This document shows positions 27,855 to 36,980 of a stretch of 64,000 bases of DNA, in pieces. Under the pieces are notes generated by a model. That model saw only the letters and a program-made list of their open reading frames with translations. It had not been told where the DNA came from and ran no database searches. Origin of the DNA: an uncultured Actinomycetes bacterium (lineage in GTDB: Bacteria > Actinomycetota > UBA4738 > HRBIN12); assembly GCA_963794065.1 (NCBI GenBank), contig CAWCDA010000042.1, forward strand, positions 597-64,596. Direction: 5' to 3'. Numbering within the stretch: position 1 is the stretch's first letter; each line of letters opens with the position of its first letter. The translations under genes and the position numbers were made by a program.

Positions 27855-29555
27855 TCAGCGACGACGGGCGAATCTGAGCGGGATCAGCGAGCCGCCCGTG
27901 CGCGGTTCCTCCGAAGGGGCGACCGACGGCACCTCGACGACATCCTCCTCGAGCCGTCGTTTACTCGGGGCCGCGGGGCCGACCGACGACCGCTCCGACG
28001 GACCCGCCTCGAAGGCGTCCCCGAACTGTCGCTCCCCGGTCTCGGCGTCCAGCGGCGTGTTGCGCCTGAGGCGCCGGATCAGGTCCACGGCGATCCAGAC
28101 ACACACGATGATCGCGATCGGGTGGCCGAACGGCAGCCGTACCGAGCGGATCAGGTCCGGCAGGTTCGTGTTCTCCGTGACGAGCTCGGTGACGGTGAAC
28201 GCGACGCACAGGATCACCAGGGTGCGACGCGCGACCCGGGGCATCGCCCACGCGAGCGGCAAGACCCAGACCAGGTACCAGGTGCCGAGCATGGGGGCGA
28301 GCAGGATCACGATCAACAGAGCCCATCCCCAGGCGGCGGCCTGCGCCATCGGCGTCCGCGCGCTCGGTTCCGTCCAGATGCGCCGCGCGATCACCCATAC
28401 CGCCACCAGCGACAGACCGAACAGCAACACATGGGCGGTGATCGTTGCCGCGGTCTCGAAGGCGGGGCCGCCGATCGCCGTGAAGGCCCAGGTGAGGGCG
28501 TGCACGAGCAGCTGTCCCGGCGCCTTCCCGGAATCGTGACCCGACAGCTCGAACAAGCCCAGCGTGGGGTTCGTCCATTGCAGGTACGGGGCGGCAAGGA
28601 CCAGCCAGATGCCCCCGACCACCGCCGCGTACTTCGCCATCACGCGCGTGCGGCGCTCGGGCTCGACCGTCGCGGCGATCGCCACCAGCAACAGGACCAG
28701 CGGGACGATCGCGCTTGCCTTCACCGACATGCCCAGCCCGAGGCAGACCGCCGAGGCGAGCTCGCGTCGGGCGAACAGACACGAGACCGCCGCCGCGACG
28801 AACAGCGCGACGAGCATGTCGTTATGGCCGCCCCCGACGACGTGGAACACGACGATGGGATTCAGCCCGATCACGGCGACCGCGAAGACGGCGCGCTCGG
28901 GTCGCACTCGCTGGACGAGGCGGGCCACGATGATCATCGTGCCGAGGCTGGCGAGCGCCGCGAGCAGCTGGAAGCTTCGGATCGTGCTGTCCACGCTGCG
29001 CGCCAGGCCGGTCATCAGCACGGAGACCCAGGTGAACAACGGGCCGTAGACCGACGGTGTGTCGCGCCAGCCGGGCCATGTGAGATGCCAGAGCGAGTTC
29101 AGCGGGAAGTCCTGCGGGGTGAGGACGTAGGGGTTCCCACCGTAGGTGCTCGCGATACGCCCGTAGTAGGCGTAGCTGTAGACGTCGCGGGAGAACAGCA
29201 GCGGCAGGGTGAGCACGAGCACGTGGAACGCGATCGCCAGGACGAACGCGAGCCGCATCGAGATCCGACGGTTCCACGCCTCGCGCAGGATCAAGAGGAA
29301 GCCGAACGCGGCGGCCGCGACCGCGATCAACCCGACCAGCATCAGACCCGAGTCGCTCAGGTGCTGCAGGCCGATCGCGTCGGCGATCCACCGCAGGGGG
29401 CCCTGCGCTTCCACGCCGTCGGGAAGGACCGGATAGTAGGGAGAGCGCGGTGTGGCCGAGACGATCGCGACGAGCAGGACGCCGACGGTCGACGCCACGA
29501 CAGCGCGAAGCGCGCTGGGCGCAAGGGGTTCGGACCGGCCGGAAGACAGGCGCAT
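27855..29555 (-). CDS. GT-C-fold membrane glycosyltransferase (DUF2029/GT87-like, polyprenyl-phosphate-sugar dependent), paralog 1.
   Basis: 566 aa from ATG 29555. More than 12 TM helices. Conserved LFSRDVYSYAYYGRIASTYGGNPY loop, shared with the paralog at 35361..36980. Confidence 0.65.
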   Translation of the reverse strand: MRLSSGRSEPLAPSALRAVVASTVGVLLVAIVSATPRSPYYPVLPDGVEAQGPLRWIADAIGLQHLSDSGLMLVGLIAVAAAAFGFLLILREAWNRRISMRLAFVLAIAFHVLVLTLPLLFSRDVYSYAYYGRIASTYGGNPYVLTPQDFPLNSLWHLTWPGWRDTPSVYGPLFTWVSVLMTGLARSVDSTIRSFQLLAALASLGTMIIVARLVQRVRPERAVFAVAVIGLNPIVVFHVVGGGHNDMLVALFVAAAVSCLFARRELASAVCLGLGMSVKASAIVPLVLLLVAIAATVEPERRTRVMAKYAAVVGGIWLVLAAPYLQWTNPTLGLFELSGHDSGKAPGQLLVHALTWAFTAIGGPAFETAATITAHVLLFGLSLVAVWVIARRIWTEPSARTPMAQAAAWGWALLIVILLAPMLGTWYLVWVLPLAWAMPRVARRTLVILCVAFTVTELVTENTNLPDLIRSVRLPFGHPIAIIVCVWIAVDLIRRLRRNTPLDAETGERQFGDAFEAGPSERSSVGPAAPSKRRLEEDVVEVPSVAPSEEPRTGGSLIPLRFARRR

Positions 29556-29727
29556 GGGTGAGGCGAATCTATCCGACGGGGAGGACGCCCGGGCCGGCAG
29601 GACCACCGCGGGGGAGCGACGCAACCGTATCTCCATCACCTTGGCGACCTTCCCCCCTGGACGGACACCGTAACCAGGGTCGCCGAACCTGGCAACACTG
29701 ACCGAATGTGGCCCGTATCCTGCATCG

Positions 29728-31320
29728 ATGGGATTCCTCGAGCTCACCGACGTGGCCTACCGCCTGCCCGGCGGCTGGACGCTGTTCGATGGGGTCAGTT
29801 TTCGTGTGCCCGACGGGTCGCACACGGCTCTCGTGGGGGCCAACGGGATCGGCAAGACCACGCTGATGCGCCTTATCGCTGGCGAGGAGGAACCCGCCGC
29901 GGGCTCCATCCGTGTCGACGGACGCGTCGGTCTGATGCGGCAGTTCATCGGATCCGCCGAACGACCGACGACGGTCCGTGCGTTCCTGCTCGCCTACAGC
30001 GAACCGGAGGTGCGGGTGGCGGCAGCCGGCCTGCGTCGTGCCGAGGAACGGTTGTCCGCCGACCCCGACGAGCGGGCGCAACTGGCCTACGCCGACGCGC
30101 TCGCGACATGGGAGTCGGCGGGCGGCTACCGCGCAGAGGTGCTGTGGGACCGATGCGCGCACGAGGCGTTCGGCGGCGGGTTCCCGGAGTCGGCGGACCG
30201 GCCGATCGAGACGCTCTCAGGCGGAGAGCGGAAGCGGTTGGCGCTCGAGATCGTGTTCCGTTCCTCCTTCGATGTCGTGTTGTTGGACGAGCCGGACAAC
30301 ACGCTCGACATCGAGGGGAAGGAGTGGCTCGAGGCGCGGATCATCCAGGATCCACGCACGATCCTGTTCATCTCACACGATCGAACCGTGCTTGAGCGAG
30401 CCGCCACGCACATCGTCACGCTCGAGGGGCGGGCCACGTGGACGCACACGGGCGGCTTCGCCACGTACGCGGCCGCCCGCGACGCGCGCGTCGACCGGCT
30501 CGATGAGCGGCATCGCCGCTACGAGGAGGAGCGGAAACGCCTCGAGGACATGATCAAGGAGATGAAGCGGAAGGCCGCCTACAACGACGGCTGGGCGTCC
30601 AAGGCGCGCGCGGCGGAGCATCGGCTCGAGCGATTCGAGGACCGCGAGCAGCCGCCCGAGAAGGCCGAGGTGCAGCATGTCCGCATGCGCGTCGACGGCG
30701 GCCGCACGGGCAAGGTCGCGTTCCGGGCGCGCGGGCTGGCCATCGCGGGCATCATCGATCCGTTCGACGCGGAGGTCCGCTTCGGCGAGCGGATCGGCGT
30801 GATCGGTCCGAACGGCACCGGCAAGTCGCATTTCCTGCGACTGCTCGCGGGTGAGGAGATCGCGCACGACGGCGAGTGGATGCTCGGCGCCCGTGTCGAC
30901 CCGGCCTTGTTCGCGCAGCTTCACGAGCGGCCCGACATCGGCGATCGCCCGATCCTCGACGTCTTGTTGAAGCGGGGGGTCGAGCGGTCGCGGGCGCACT
31001 CGACGCTGCGGCGCTACGAGCTGGACCGCGCGGGCGGCAACCCGTTCGAGCTGCTGTCGGGCGGACAGCAGGCTCGATTCCAGATCCTGCTGATGGAGCT
31101 GGATTCACCGACGATGTTGCTGTTGGACGAGCCGACCGACAACCTCGACGTCGCCTCCGCGGACGCGCTCGAACGCGCGCTGGACCACTACGAGGGGACG
31201 GTCATCGCGGTGACCCACGACCGGTGGTTCATGCGGGTGCTCGATCGGTTCCTGTGGTTCGACGAGGACGGCACGGTGCGGGAACTGCTCGCGTCGCCCT
31301 ACGACCTGGCGATGCGGTGA
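29728..31320 (+). CDS. ABC-F family ATPase (two tandem ABC domains, no TMD).
   Basis: 530 aa. Two Walker A motifs (GANGIGKTT, GPNGTGKSH), two LSGGE/LSGGQ signatures, and an inter-domain linker with coiled-coil character. Confidence 0.85.
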   Translation: MGFLELTDVAYRLPGGWTLFDGVSFRVPDGSHTALVGANGIGKTTLMRLIAGEEEPAAGSIRVDGRVGLMRQFIGSAERPTTVRAFLLAYSEPEVRVAAAGLRRAEERLSADPDERAQLAYADALATWESAGGYRAEVLWDRCAHEAFGGGFPESADRPIETLSGGERKRLALEIVFRSSFDVVLLDEPDNTLDIEGKEWLEARIIQDPRTILFISHDRTVLERAATHIVTLEGRATWTHTGGFATYAAARDARVDRLDERHRRYEEERKRLEDMIKEMKRKAAYNDGWASKARAAEHRLERFEDREQPPEKAEVQHVRMRVDGGRTGKVAFRARGLAIAGIIDPFDAEVRFGERIGVIGPNGTGKSHFLRLLAGEEIAHDGEWMLGARVDPALFAQLHERPDIGDRPILDVLLKRGVERSRAHSTLRRYELDRAGGNPFELLSGGQQARFQILLMELDSPTMLLLDEPTDNLDVASADALERALDHYEGTVIAVTHDRWFMRVLDRFLWFDEDGTVRELLASPYDLAMR

Positions 31321-32096
31321 CCGATGCGGTCGTGCTGGCCGGCGCGCAGGTGCGCGTCGGCGGCCGCTCGATCCTCGGACCTATCGATCTGTCGATCGGC
31401 GCGGGCGAACAATGGGTTTTGCTCGGTCCCAACGGCGGCGGCAAGACGACGGCGCTGACGCTCATGGGTGCGTGGCGGCAGCCCTCCGCCGGCACCGTGG
31501 ACGTCCTCGGCGAACGACTCGGCGGGACCGACGTCCGCGCCCTTCGACGTCGGGTCGGGCACGTGTCGCACCGGCTGGGGGAGCGCCTCCCCGGGCGACG
31601 CTCGGTCCTCGAGACCGTCTGCACCGGCCGGGAGGCAACGCTCGTCACGTGGTGGCAGTCGTTCGACGACGATGACCTCGCGGATGCGCACGGGCTGTTG
31701 GCGGCCGTCGGCTGCGGCGCGTTGGCCGAGCGGCCGCTCGAGTCCTGTTCGCTCGGGGAACGCCAGCGGGTGCTGATCGCACGCGCGCTCTACGGCCACC
31801 ATGAGCTACTCCTGTTCGACGAGCCTGCCGCCGGGCTCGATCTGCCCGCCCGGGAGCGTCTGGTGGACGCGATGGTCGCCGGTGCGGCGACCGGTGCGAC
31901 CGGTGTCCTTGCGACCCACCACCTCGAGGAGATCCCGCCGACCTCGACCCACGCCGCTCTTCTCCGCGATGGGCTTGTTGTTGCCTCGGGCCCGATCGGC
32001 GACGTGCTCGCCGACGAACCGATGTCGGCGTGCTTCGGCCTGCGGATCCACGTCGAACGTCGCCGAGGTCGCTGGGCCGCGGTCGCGGCGGGGTGA
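31317..32096 (+). CDS. ABC transporter ATP-binding protein (single NBD).
   Basis: The GTG at 31317 overlaps the ABC-F stop (GTGA). Walker A GPNGGGKTT, signature SLGERQR, Walker B LLLFDEPAAGLD. 259 aa. Confidence 0.8.
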   Translation: MTDAVVLAGAQVRVGGRSILGPIDLSIGAGEQWVLLGPNGGGKTTALTLMGAWRQPSAGTVDVLGERLGGTDVRALRRRVGHVSHRLGERLPGRRSVLETVCTGREATLVTWWQSFDDDDLADAHGLLAAVGCGALAERPLESCSLGERQRVLIARALYGHHELLLFDEPAAGLDLPARERLVDAMVAGAATGATGVLATHHLEEIPPTSTHAALLRDGLVVASGPIGDVLADEPMSACFGLRIHVERRRGRWAAVAAG

Positions 32097-32408
32097 CTAC
32101 GCGGCCGGGTCCTCGAGTGCCAGGGCCAACTGCTCGGCCTCGCGTCGCGTCCGCTTGCTATAGCGCATCGGCTTCCCGATCAGATACAGCACGAGGTACA
32201 GCAGGACGACGAACAACGTGACGTTGGCGACCATCAGCAGTAGGACCGTGAGCGGGCTTGCGTGATCCGTCGGGCCACCGATCCATTTCACGATCGTGTA
32301 GATCGTCAGGCTGAGCCACATGGATACGGCCAGCACGCCCGCCCACACCGCGTAGCCCATCGTCGCCACGAGGGCGATCGCAACCGCGGTACCGGTGTTT
32401 TCACGCAT
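32097..32408 (-). CDS. Small membrane protein (103 aa, 3 TM) of unknown function.
   Basis: ATG 32408. Hydrophobic helices with a charged C-terminal tail. The rest of ORF 32097..33530 is junk. Confidence 0.5.
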   Translation of the reverse strand: MRENTGTAVAIALVATMGYAVWAGVLAVSMWLSLTIYTIVKWIGGPTDHASPLTVLLLMVANVTLFVVLLYLVLYLIGKPMRYSKRTRREAEQLALALEDPAA

Positions 32409-32468
32409 CGACGTCGAGCCTAGCAATCCGGCCCGCTCGGCGTGCGCGGCCGCTGGGAAGATGAGCGC

Positions 32469-33383
32469 ATGCCCGATCTCGATCCGCTCCGTCGCCGCGG
32501 GATCGCGGCCGTGTGGCTTGCCACGTTCGTGTGGGCGTGGGGCCCCGTGCTCGTGAAGTGGAGCGACCTGCCGGGACCGACCTTCGCGATGCTTCGACTG
32601 TGGACGGGCGTCGTGATCTCGTTCACGGCGATCGTCGTGACTCGGCGCCGGTTCTCCTGGGCGGCGTTCCGGGCCTGCGCGGCGGGCGGCGTGCTCTTCG
32701 CGGCCGACATCGGATTGGGCTTCACCGCCGTGAAGCTCACGACGGTGGCCGATGTCGCGCTGATCGGAACGCTGGCGACCGTCGTCATCGTGCTGCTGTC
32801 CTCGATCCGACTCGGCGAGCGGGTCACGCTTCGATCGTGGTCGCTCGTCGGCGCGTCGTTCCTGGGGATCGTGATCGTCGCAGTCTCGAGCGCGGGCCTG
32901 CCGAGCTGGAGCCTCGCGGGCGACGTGATGGCGTTGCTCGGCGTCGGGACGTGGACGACCTACTGGTTCTTCTCGCGTCACGTGCGGGAGCGCTATGACC
33001 CGATCATCTACTTCGCCTGCGTGATGCTCGCGGGAGCGCTCACCATGACGCCGGTGGCGCTGCTCACGAACGGCGTGCCGTCCGACGTGGCGACGGGCGA
33101 CCTGCTGGCGGTCGTCGCGGTCGCGCTCCTGCCCGGCTTCGTCGGACACACACTCGTCATCTGGTCGCACAAGCACGTGGCGTCGTGGTTGTCGGCGCTG
33201 ATCACGCAGGTGTCCCCGGTGATCACCGTGGTGCTGGCGTGGCTGCTGCTCGGCGAGGAGATCCCACCTGCGGCGATCCTCGGGGGCGCCCTCGTCGTCG
33301 GGGCCACGATGGCCGTGATCGCGCTCGACGCTCGCAGCGCGCGCGCCGAACGGCTGGAACAGGCGGCGGAGAAGGTCAGCTAG
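32469..33383 (+). CDS. DMT (EamA-like) family transporter.
   Basis: 10 TM. Duplicated EamA pattern. 304 aa from ATG 32469. The upstream ATG at 32442 is an alternative. Confidence 0.7.
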   Translation: MPDLDPLRRRGIAAVWLATFVWAWGPVLVKWSDLPGPTFAMLRLWTGVVISFTAIVVTRRRFSWAAFRACAAGGVLFAADIGLGFTAVKLTTVADVALIGTLATVVIVLLSSIRLGERVTLRSWSLVGASFLGIVIVAVSSAGLPSWSLAGDVMALLGVGTWTTYWFFSRHVRERYDPIIYFACVMLAGALTMTPVALLTNGVPSDVATGDLLAVVAVALLPGFVGHTLVIWSHKHVASWLSALITQVSPVITVVLAWLLLGEEIPPAAILGGALVVGATMAVIALDARSARAERLEQAAEKVS

Positions 33384-34059
33384 CGGCAGGCGCCACCGGC
33401 GGCGGAGCGCGGGAGGCGGCGCGGGCCGTGACCCAGATGCCCGCGACGAGCAGCGCGATCGCAACCGCCAGCACGGCGAAACCGATCGGACCGAGCGCCG
33501 AGATGGTGACCGATCCCGTGACCGTGACATCCAGCGGCGACGTCGGCTCGACGTCCATGATCACGAGCGTCCAGTCACCGGGCGCGGCCTGCCAGTGCAG
33601 GTGCGGCGCGAGCCCGCGCGAGGAGGCCACCCAGAATCGTTGGGTCCCGGGCGGTGCGGGGCTCGCGGTTCCCGGAACGGCCGTGGTCCGGGCGGCGCCG
33701 GGCCAATCGATCTGCTCGATCACGTCGTAGGGGGCGTCCCGCAGGTACGCGTCGACGGCACTCGAGGGCCCCACCCCGATGAACATCGGTCGATCGCCGG
33801 CATTCAGCGCGACGTCGAGGACCACGGACGCGCGCCGCGGCAAGGCCGGGACGTCGAGCTGTGGCAACGTGATCGCGCTGCCCGCAGCGACGATGCGCGT
33901 CGGTGGGAGCCCGATCGACCCGTCCCCACCGACGAGGAGCACGATCGCCAGCCCGGCGACGGTCGCGACGAGTCCCGCAAGCACCAACGCCACCCCGAGC
34001 ACGATCCGCCCTCGCCTGCCCACGCGTCCATCCTGCCAGTCCGTGCCACTGCGGCCCAT
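33376..34059 (-). CDS. Bitopic membrane-anchored protein of unknown function (N- and C-terminal TM segments, Pro/Ala-rich extracytoplasmic middle).
   Basis: 227 aa. TM at residues about 18-42 and about 190-215. Confidence 0.5.
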   Translation of the reverse strand: MGRSGTDWQDGRVGRRGRIVLGVALVLAGLVATVAGLAIVLLVGGDGSIGLPPTRIVAAGSAITLPQLDVPALPRRASVVLDVALNAGDRPMFIGVGPSSAVDAYLRDAPYDVIEQIDWPGAARTTAVPGTASPAPPGTQRFWVASSRGLAPHLHWQAAPGDWTLVIMDVEPTSPLDVTVTGSVTISALGPIGFAVLAVAIALLVAGIWVTARAASRAPPPVAPAAS

Positions 34060-34097
34060 TGCTTGACCCGGCGTACGCGGCGGGGTACGTCTGCACC

Positions 34098-35315
34098 GTG
34101 AGCGAAGCCTCCATCGACGCGCTCGTCGATGCGACCCCCGCGTCGCGCGATCGGGTGGTCGACTTCCTGCGCGCGGCGAGCATCTGCGCGGTCGTCGTGG
34201 GGCACTGGACGATCGGGATCGTCTGGTGGCAGGACGGGGTGCTACGCACGACGAGCGCGATCGGCGTCACCTCGTGGCTGTGGCTCGCCACCTGGGTGCT
34301 GCAGGTCATGCCGATCTTCTTCTTCGTCGGCGGTTTCTCGAACATGGTGGCGCTCGATGCCGCGCGTCGACGCGGAGAGACCGACGGGTCGTTCATCCGG
34401 AGTCGCGCGATGCGTTTGCTCCGCCCCTCCCTGGTGTTCTTCGCCGTCTGGGGCACGATCGACGTGGCGATGCATCTGCTGGATGTCGGGGCCGCCACGG
34501 GCCCACGCCTCGTCGGTGATACCACGCTCCTGCGTCTGTTCCTGCCGCCGGGCGCCACGCTGCCGTTCGGTCCGCTGTGGTTCCTCGGCATCTACCTGAT
34601 CGTCGTGGCGCTCGCGCCGTGGATGATCGCGCTGCACCGCCGGTTCCGGTGGCGGGTGCCGATCGTCCTCGTGCTCGGCGCGGCCTGCGCGGACGTGATC
34701 GGGTTTCAGGGTGGCTTGTCACCGGTGCGGTGGTGCAACGTCGCGTTCGTGCTGTTGCTGCCTCACCAGCTCGGGTTCTTCTACGCGGACGGCACGTTCG
34801 ACCGTGCGCCGAGGGCGGCGCTGTGGGGCATGGTGGCCGCGGGTCTGGGCGGCTTACTGGTGCTGACCAATCCACCCCTCTGGAAGCTGTTCGGTGATGT
34901 GCGCTTCGACTGGTTCCCGGGGATCGGCGCGTACCCCAAAAGCCTGCTCGGCACCGACGTCGAGCTGGTATCGAACGCCTATCCGCCGACCCTGTGCTTC
35001 CTGCTCGGTGGGATCTGGACGATCGGTGCGGTCATGCTTGCTCGACCGTTCCTGCAGCGCTGGTTGCAGGGACGACGCCCATGGAAGGCGACGATCGCCG
35101 TCAACGCGGTGATCATGACGCTGTTCCTCTGGCACATGACCGCCTACCTGTGTGCGGTATTGGTGCTGTGGCCGATGGGGCTGGCCCGTGAGCACGACAG
35201 CACGGCGGCGTGGTGGTTGCAGCGGCCGTTGATCCTGGGCCTGTCCGGCGTGTTCCTGCTCGGACTGATCGCCGTCTTCGGACGCTTCGAGCGCCCCCGC
35301 CCGCGGCACCCCTGA
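34098..35315 (+). CDS. Acyltransferase family 3 (OafA/YrhL-like) membrane O-acyltransferase.
   Basis: GTG 34098 (VSEASIDAL...). FLRAASICAVVVGHW and PIFFFVGGF motifs typical of acyltransferase_3. 10 TM. 405 aa. Confidence 0.7.
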   Translation: MSEASIDALVDATPASRDRVVDFLRAASICAVVVGHWTIGIVWWQDGVLRTTSAIGVTSWLWLATWVLQVMPIFFFVGGFSNMVALDAARRRGETDGSFIRSRAMRLLRPSLVFFAVWGTIDVAMHLLDVGAATGPRLVGDTTLLRLFLPPGATLPFGPLWFLGIYLIVVALAPWMIALHRRFRWRVPIVLVLGAACADVIGFQGGLSPVRWCNVAFVLLLPHQLGFFYADGTFDRAPRAALWGMVAAGLGGLLVLTNPPLWKLFGDVRFDWFPGIGAYPKSLLGTDVELVSNAYPPTLCFLLGGIWTIGAVMLARPFLQRWLQGRRPWKATIAVNAVIMTLFLWHMTAYLCAVLVLWPMGLAREHDSTAAWWLQRPLILGLSGVFLLGLIAVFGRFERPRPRHP

Positions 35316-35360
35316 CCTGCACAGACGAGTTGTGTCCGCGGGTGTTACCTTCGTTCAACC

Positions 35361-36980
35361 GTGGAGAGGATCGCGCGAGCTCGAACGATGACCACCGACG
35401 GTGCCCGCGCGCTCGCGTTCGCCGCCCTCGGTCTGCTCGCGATGGCCCTCGTCGGGGCCGCGCCCGGGTCGCCCTACCAGCCGCTGCTCACCCCGGCGGG
35501 AGAGCCCCACGGTCCGCTGACCGAGTTCGCCGTGCGCCTCGGCCTGTCGCGCATCCCCGGCAATCCGATCCTGGCGGTCGGTGTCGCGGCCTCCATGCTG
35601 GCGATCGGCGGCTTCCTCTTGCTGCTGCGCGCGGCGTTCCACGGGCGGATCGGCGTCGGACCGGTGGCGGCTCTCGTGGTGGCCGCGCACGCGCTGCTGC
35701 TGGGGCTTCCGCTGTTGTTCTCGCGCGACGTGTACTCCTACGCGTTCTACGGACGGATCGCCGGTGTCTACGGCGGCAATCCGTACGTCCAGACGCCGCT
35801 GGACCATCCGACCGACGCCCTCTGGAAGTTCGTCGGGCCGATCTGGGTGAACACCCCCGCGGTCTACGGGCCCGTGTGGTCCTCGTTGTCCGGCTGGCTC
35901 TCGACGTGGCTGCGCGCCCGGCCCGAGGCACACGTCGAGGCCTACCGCATGATCGCGATCGTCGCGAGCCTCGCGACCTGCGCGGTGATCGTGTGGACCG
36001 TCCGGCGCCTGTGGCCGGAGCGCACGGCCTTTGCACTCGTGGCGTTCGGCGCGAACCCCGTCGTCGTGTTCCACGCGGTCGCCAGCGGGCACAACGACAT
36101 GCTCGTGGCACTGACGATGGCGGGCGCCTTCGCGCTCGTCGTCTCGCACAAGGAGATGCCGGCGATCGGGCTCCTGACGATCGGCGCCTTGGTGAAGGCG
36201 ACCGCCGGCCTGCCCTTGCTTCTGTTGCTCGTGTGGTGCATCGCACGCCGCAAACCCGAGGACCGCTGGCGCGTAGGGATCACCCACGTGGGCCTCGCCG
36301 TCGCGATCACCGCGGCGTTCTCCCTGCCGTTCTTCCAACTGCAGGATCCGACGCTGGGCATGCTCGCGTTGGCGGGACACGAAGGGTGGCTCGCGCCGGC
36401 CGCCGTCGGCGAGCGGCTGGTCGACCTGCTGACCTTCGACACGTTGGGCTGGCTGGTTCGCGTCGTTGCGGCGGCCATCCTCGGCGTCGCGATCTGGCGG
36501 CTGACCCGCGCCGTCTGGCGCCGCACGACGGGCACCGATGTCGCCGGAGCCCCGGTGATGAGTCCGCGCGAGCAGGCCGCCACATGGGGATGGGCGCTGA
36601 TGTTGCTGATGCTGCTCGGCCCCGTGCTGATGCCCTGGTACGTCGTGTGGGTGCTGCCGCTCGCATGGGTCCTCCCCAAGGCGCCGCGGACGGCGCTGAT
36701 CGCCGTCAGCTCGCTGCTCGGCGTCACCCTGTGGTCGACCGAGGCGTTGCGCTATCCGGGCGCCTTCTCGCTCAACGTGTTCGTGGGCAATTGGCTCGTG
36801 GTGCCGGTGATCGTGTGGCTGCTGGTCGTGCTGCTGCGCGACCTCCGCTCACGGATCGACAACGGGGCGCTCTTCGAGGACGAGATCGGGATCGAGGAGC
36901 CCCCGCCGCCGCTGGCCGATCAGGCGGGCGGCCAAGAGCGCGTACCCGCAACCGCCGGCGAGAGCGCACGCGAGGGTTGA
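35361..36980 (+). CDS. GT-C-fold membrane glycosyltransferase (DUF2029/GT87-like), paralog 2.
   Basis: Shares LFSRDVYSYAFYGRIAGVYGGNPY, HNDMLVAL and the LPLAWV C-terminal helix with paralog 1. The start may be the ATG at 35388. Confidence 0.65.
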   Translation: MERIARARTMTTDGARALAFAALGLLAMALVGAAPGSPYQPLLTPAGEPHGPLTEFAVRLGLSRIPGNPILAVGVAASMLAIGGFLLLLRAAFHGRIGVGPVAALVVAAHALLLGLPLLFSRDVYSYAFYGRIAGVYGGNPYVQTPLDHPTDALWKFVGPIWVNTPAVYGPVWSSLSGWLSTWLRARPEAHVEAYRMIAIVASLATCAVIVWTVRRLWPERTAFALVAFGANPVVVFHAVASGHNDMLVALTMAGAFALVVSHKEMPAIGLLTIGALVKATAGLPLLLLLVWCIARRKPEDRWRVGITHVGLAVAITAAFSLPFFQLQDPTLGMLALAGHEGWLAPAAVGERLVDLLTFDTLGWLVRVVAAAILGVAIWRLTRAVWRRTTGTDVAGAPVMSPREQAATWGWALMLLMLLGPVLMPWYVVWVLPLAWVLPKAPRTALIAVSSLLGVTLWSTEALRYPGAFSLNVFVGNWLVVPVIVWLLVVLLRDLRSRIDNGALFEDEIGIEEPPPPLADQAGGQERVPATAGESAREG

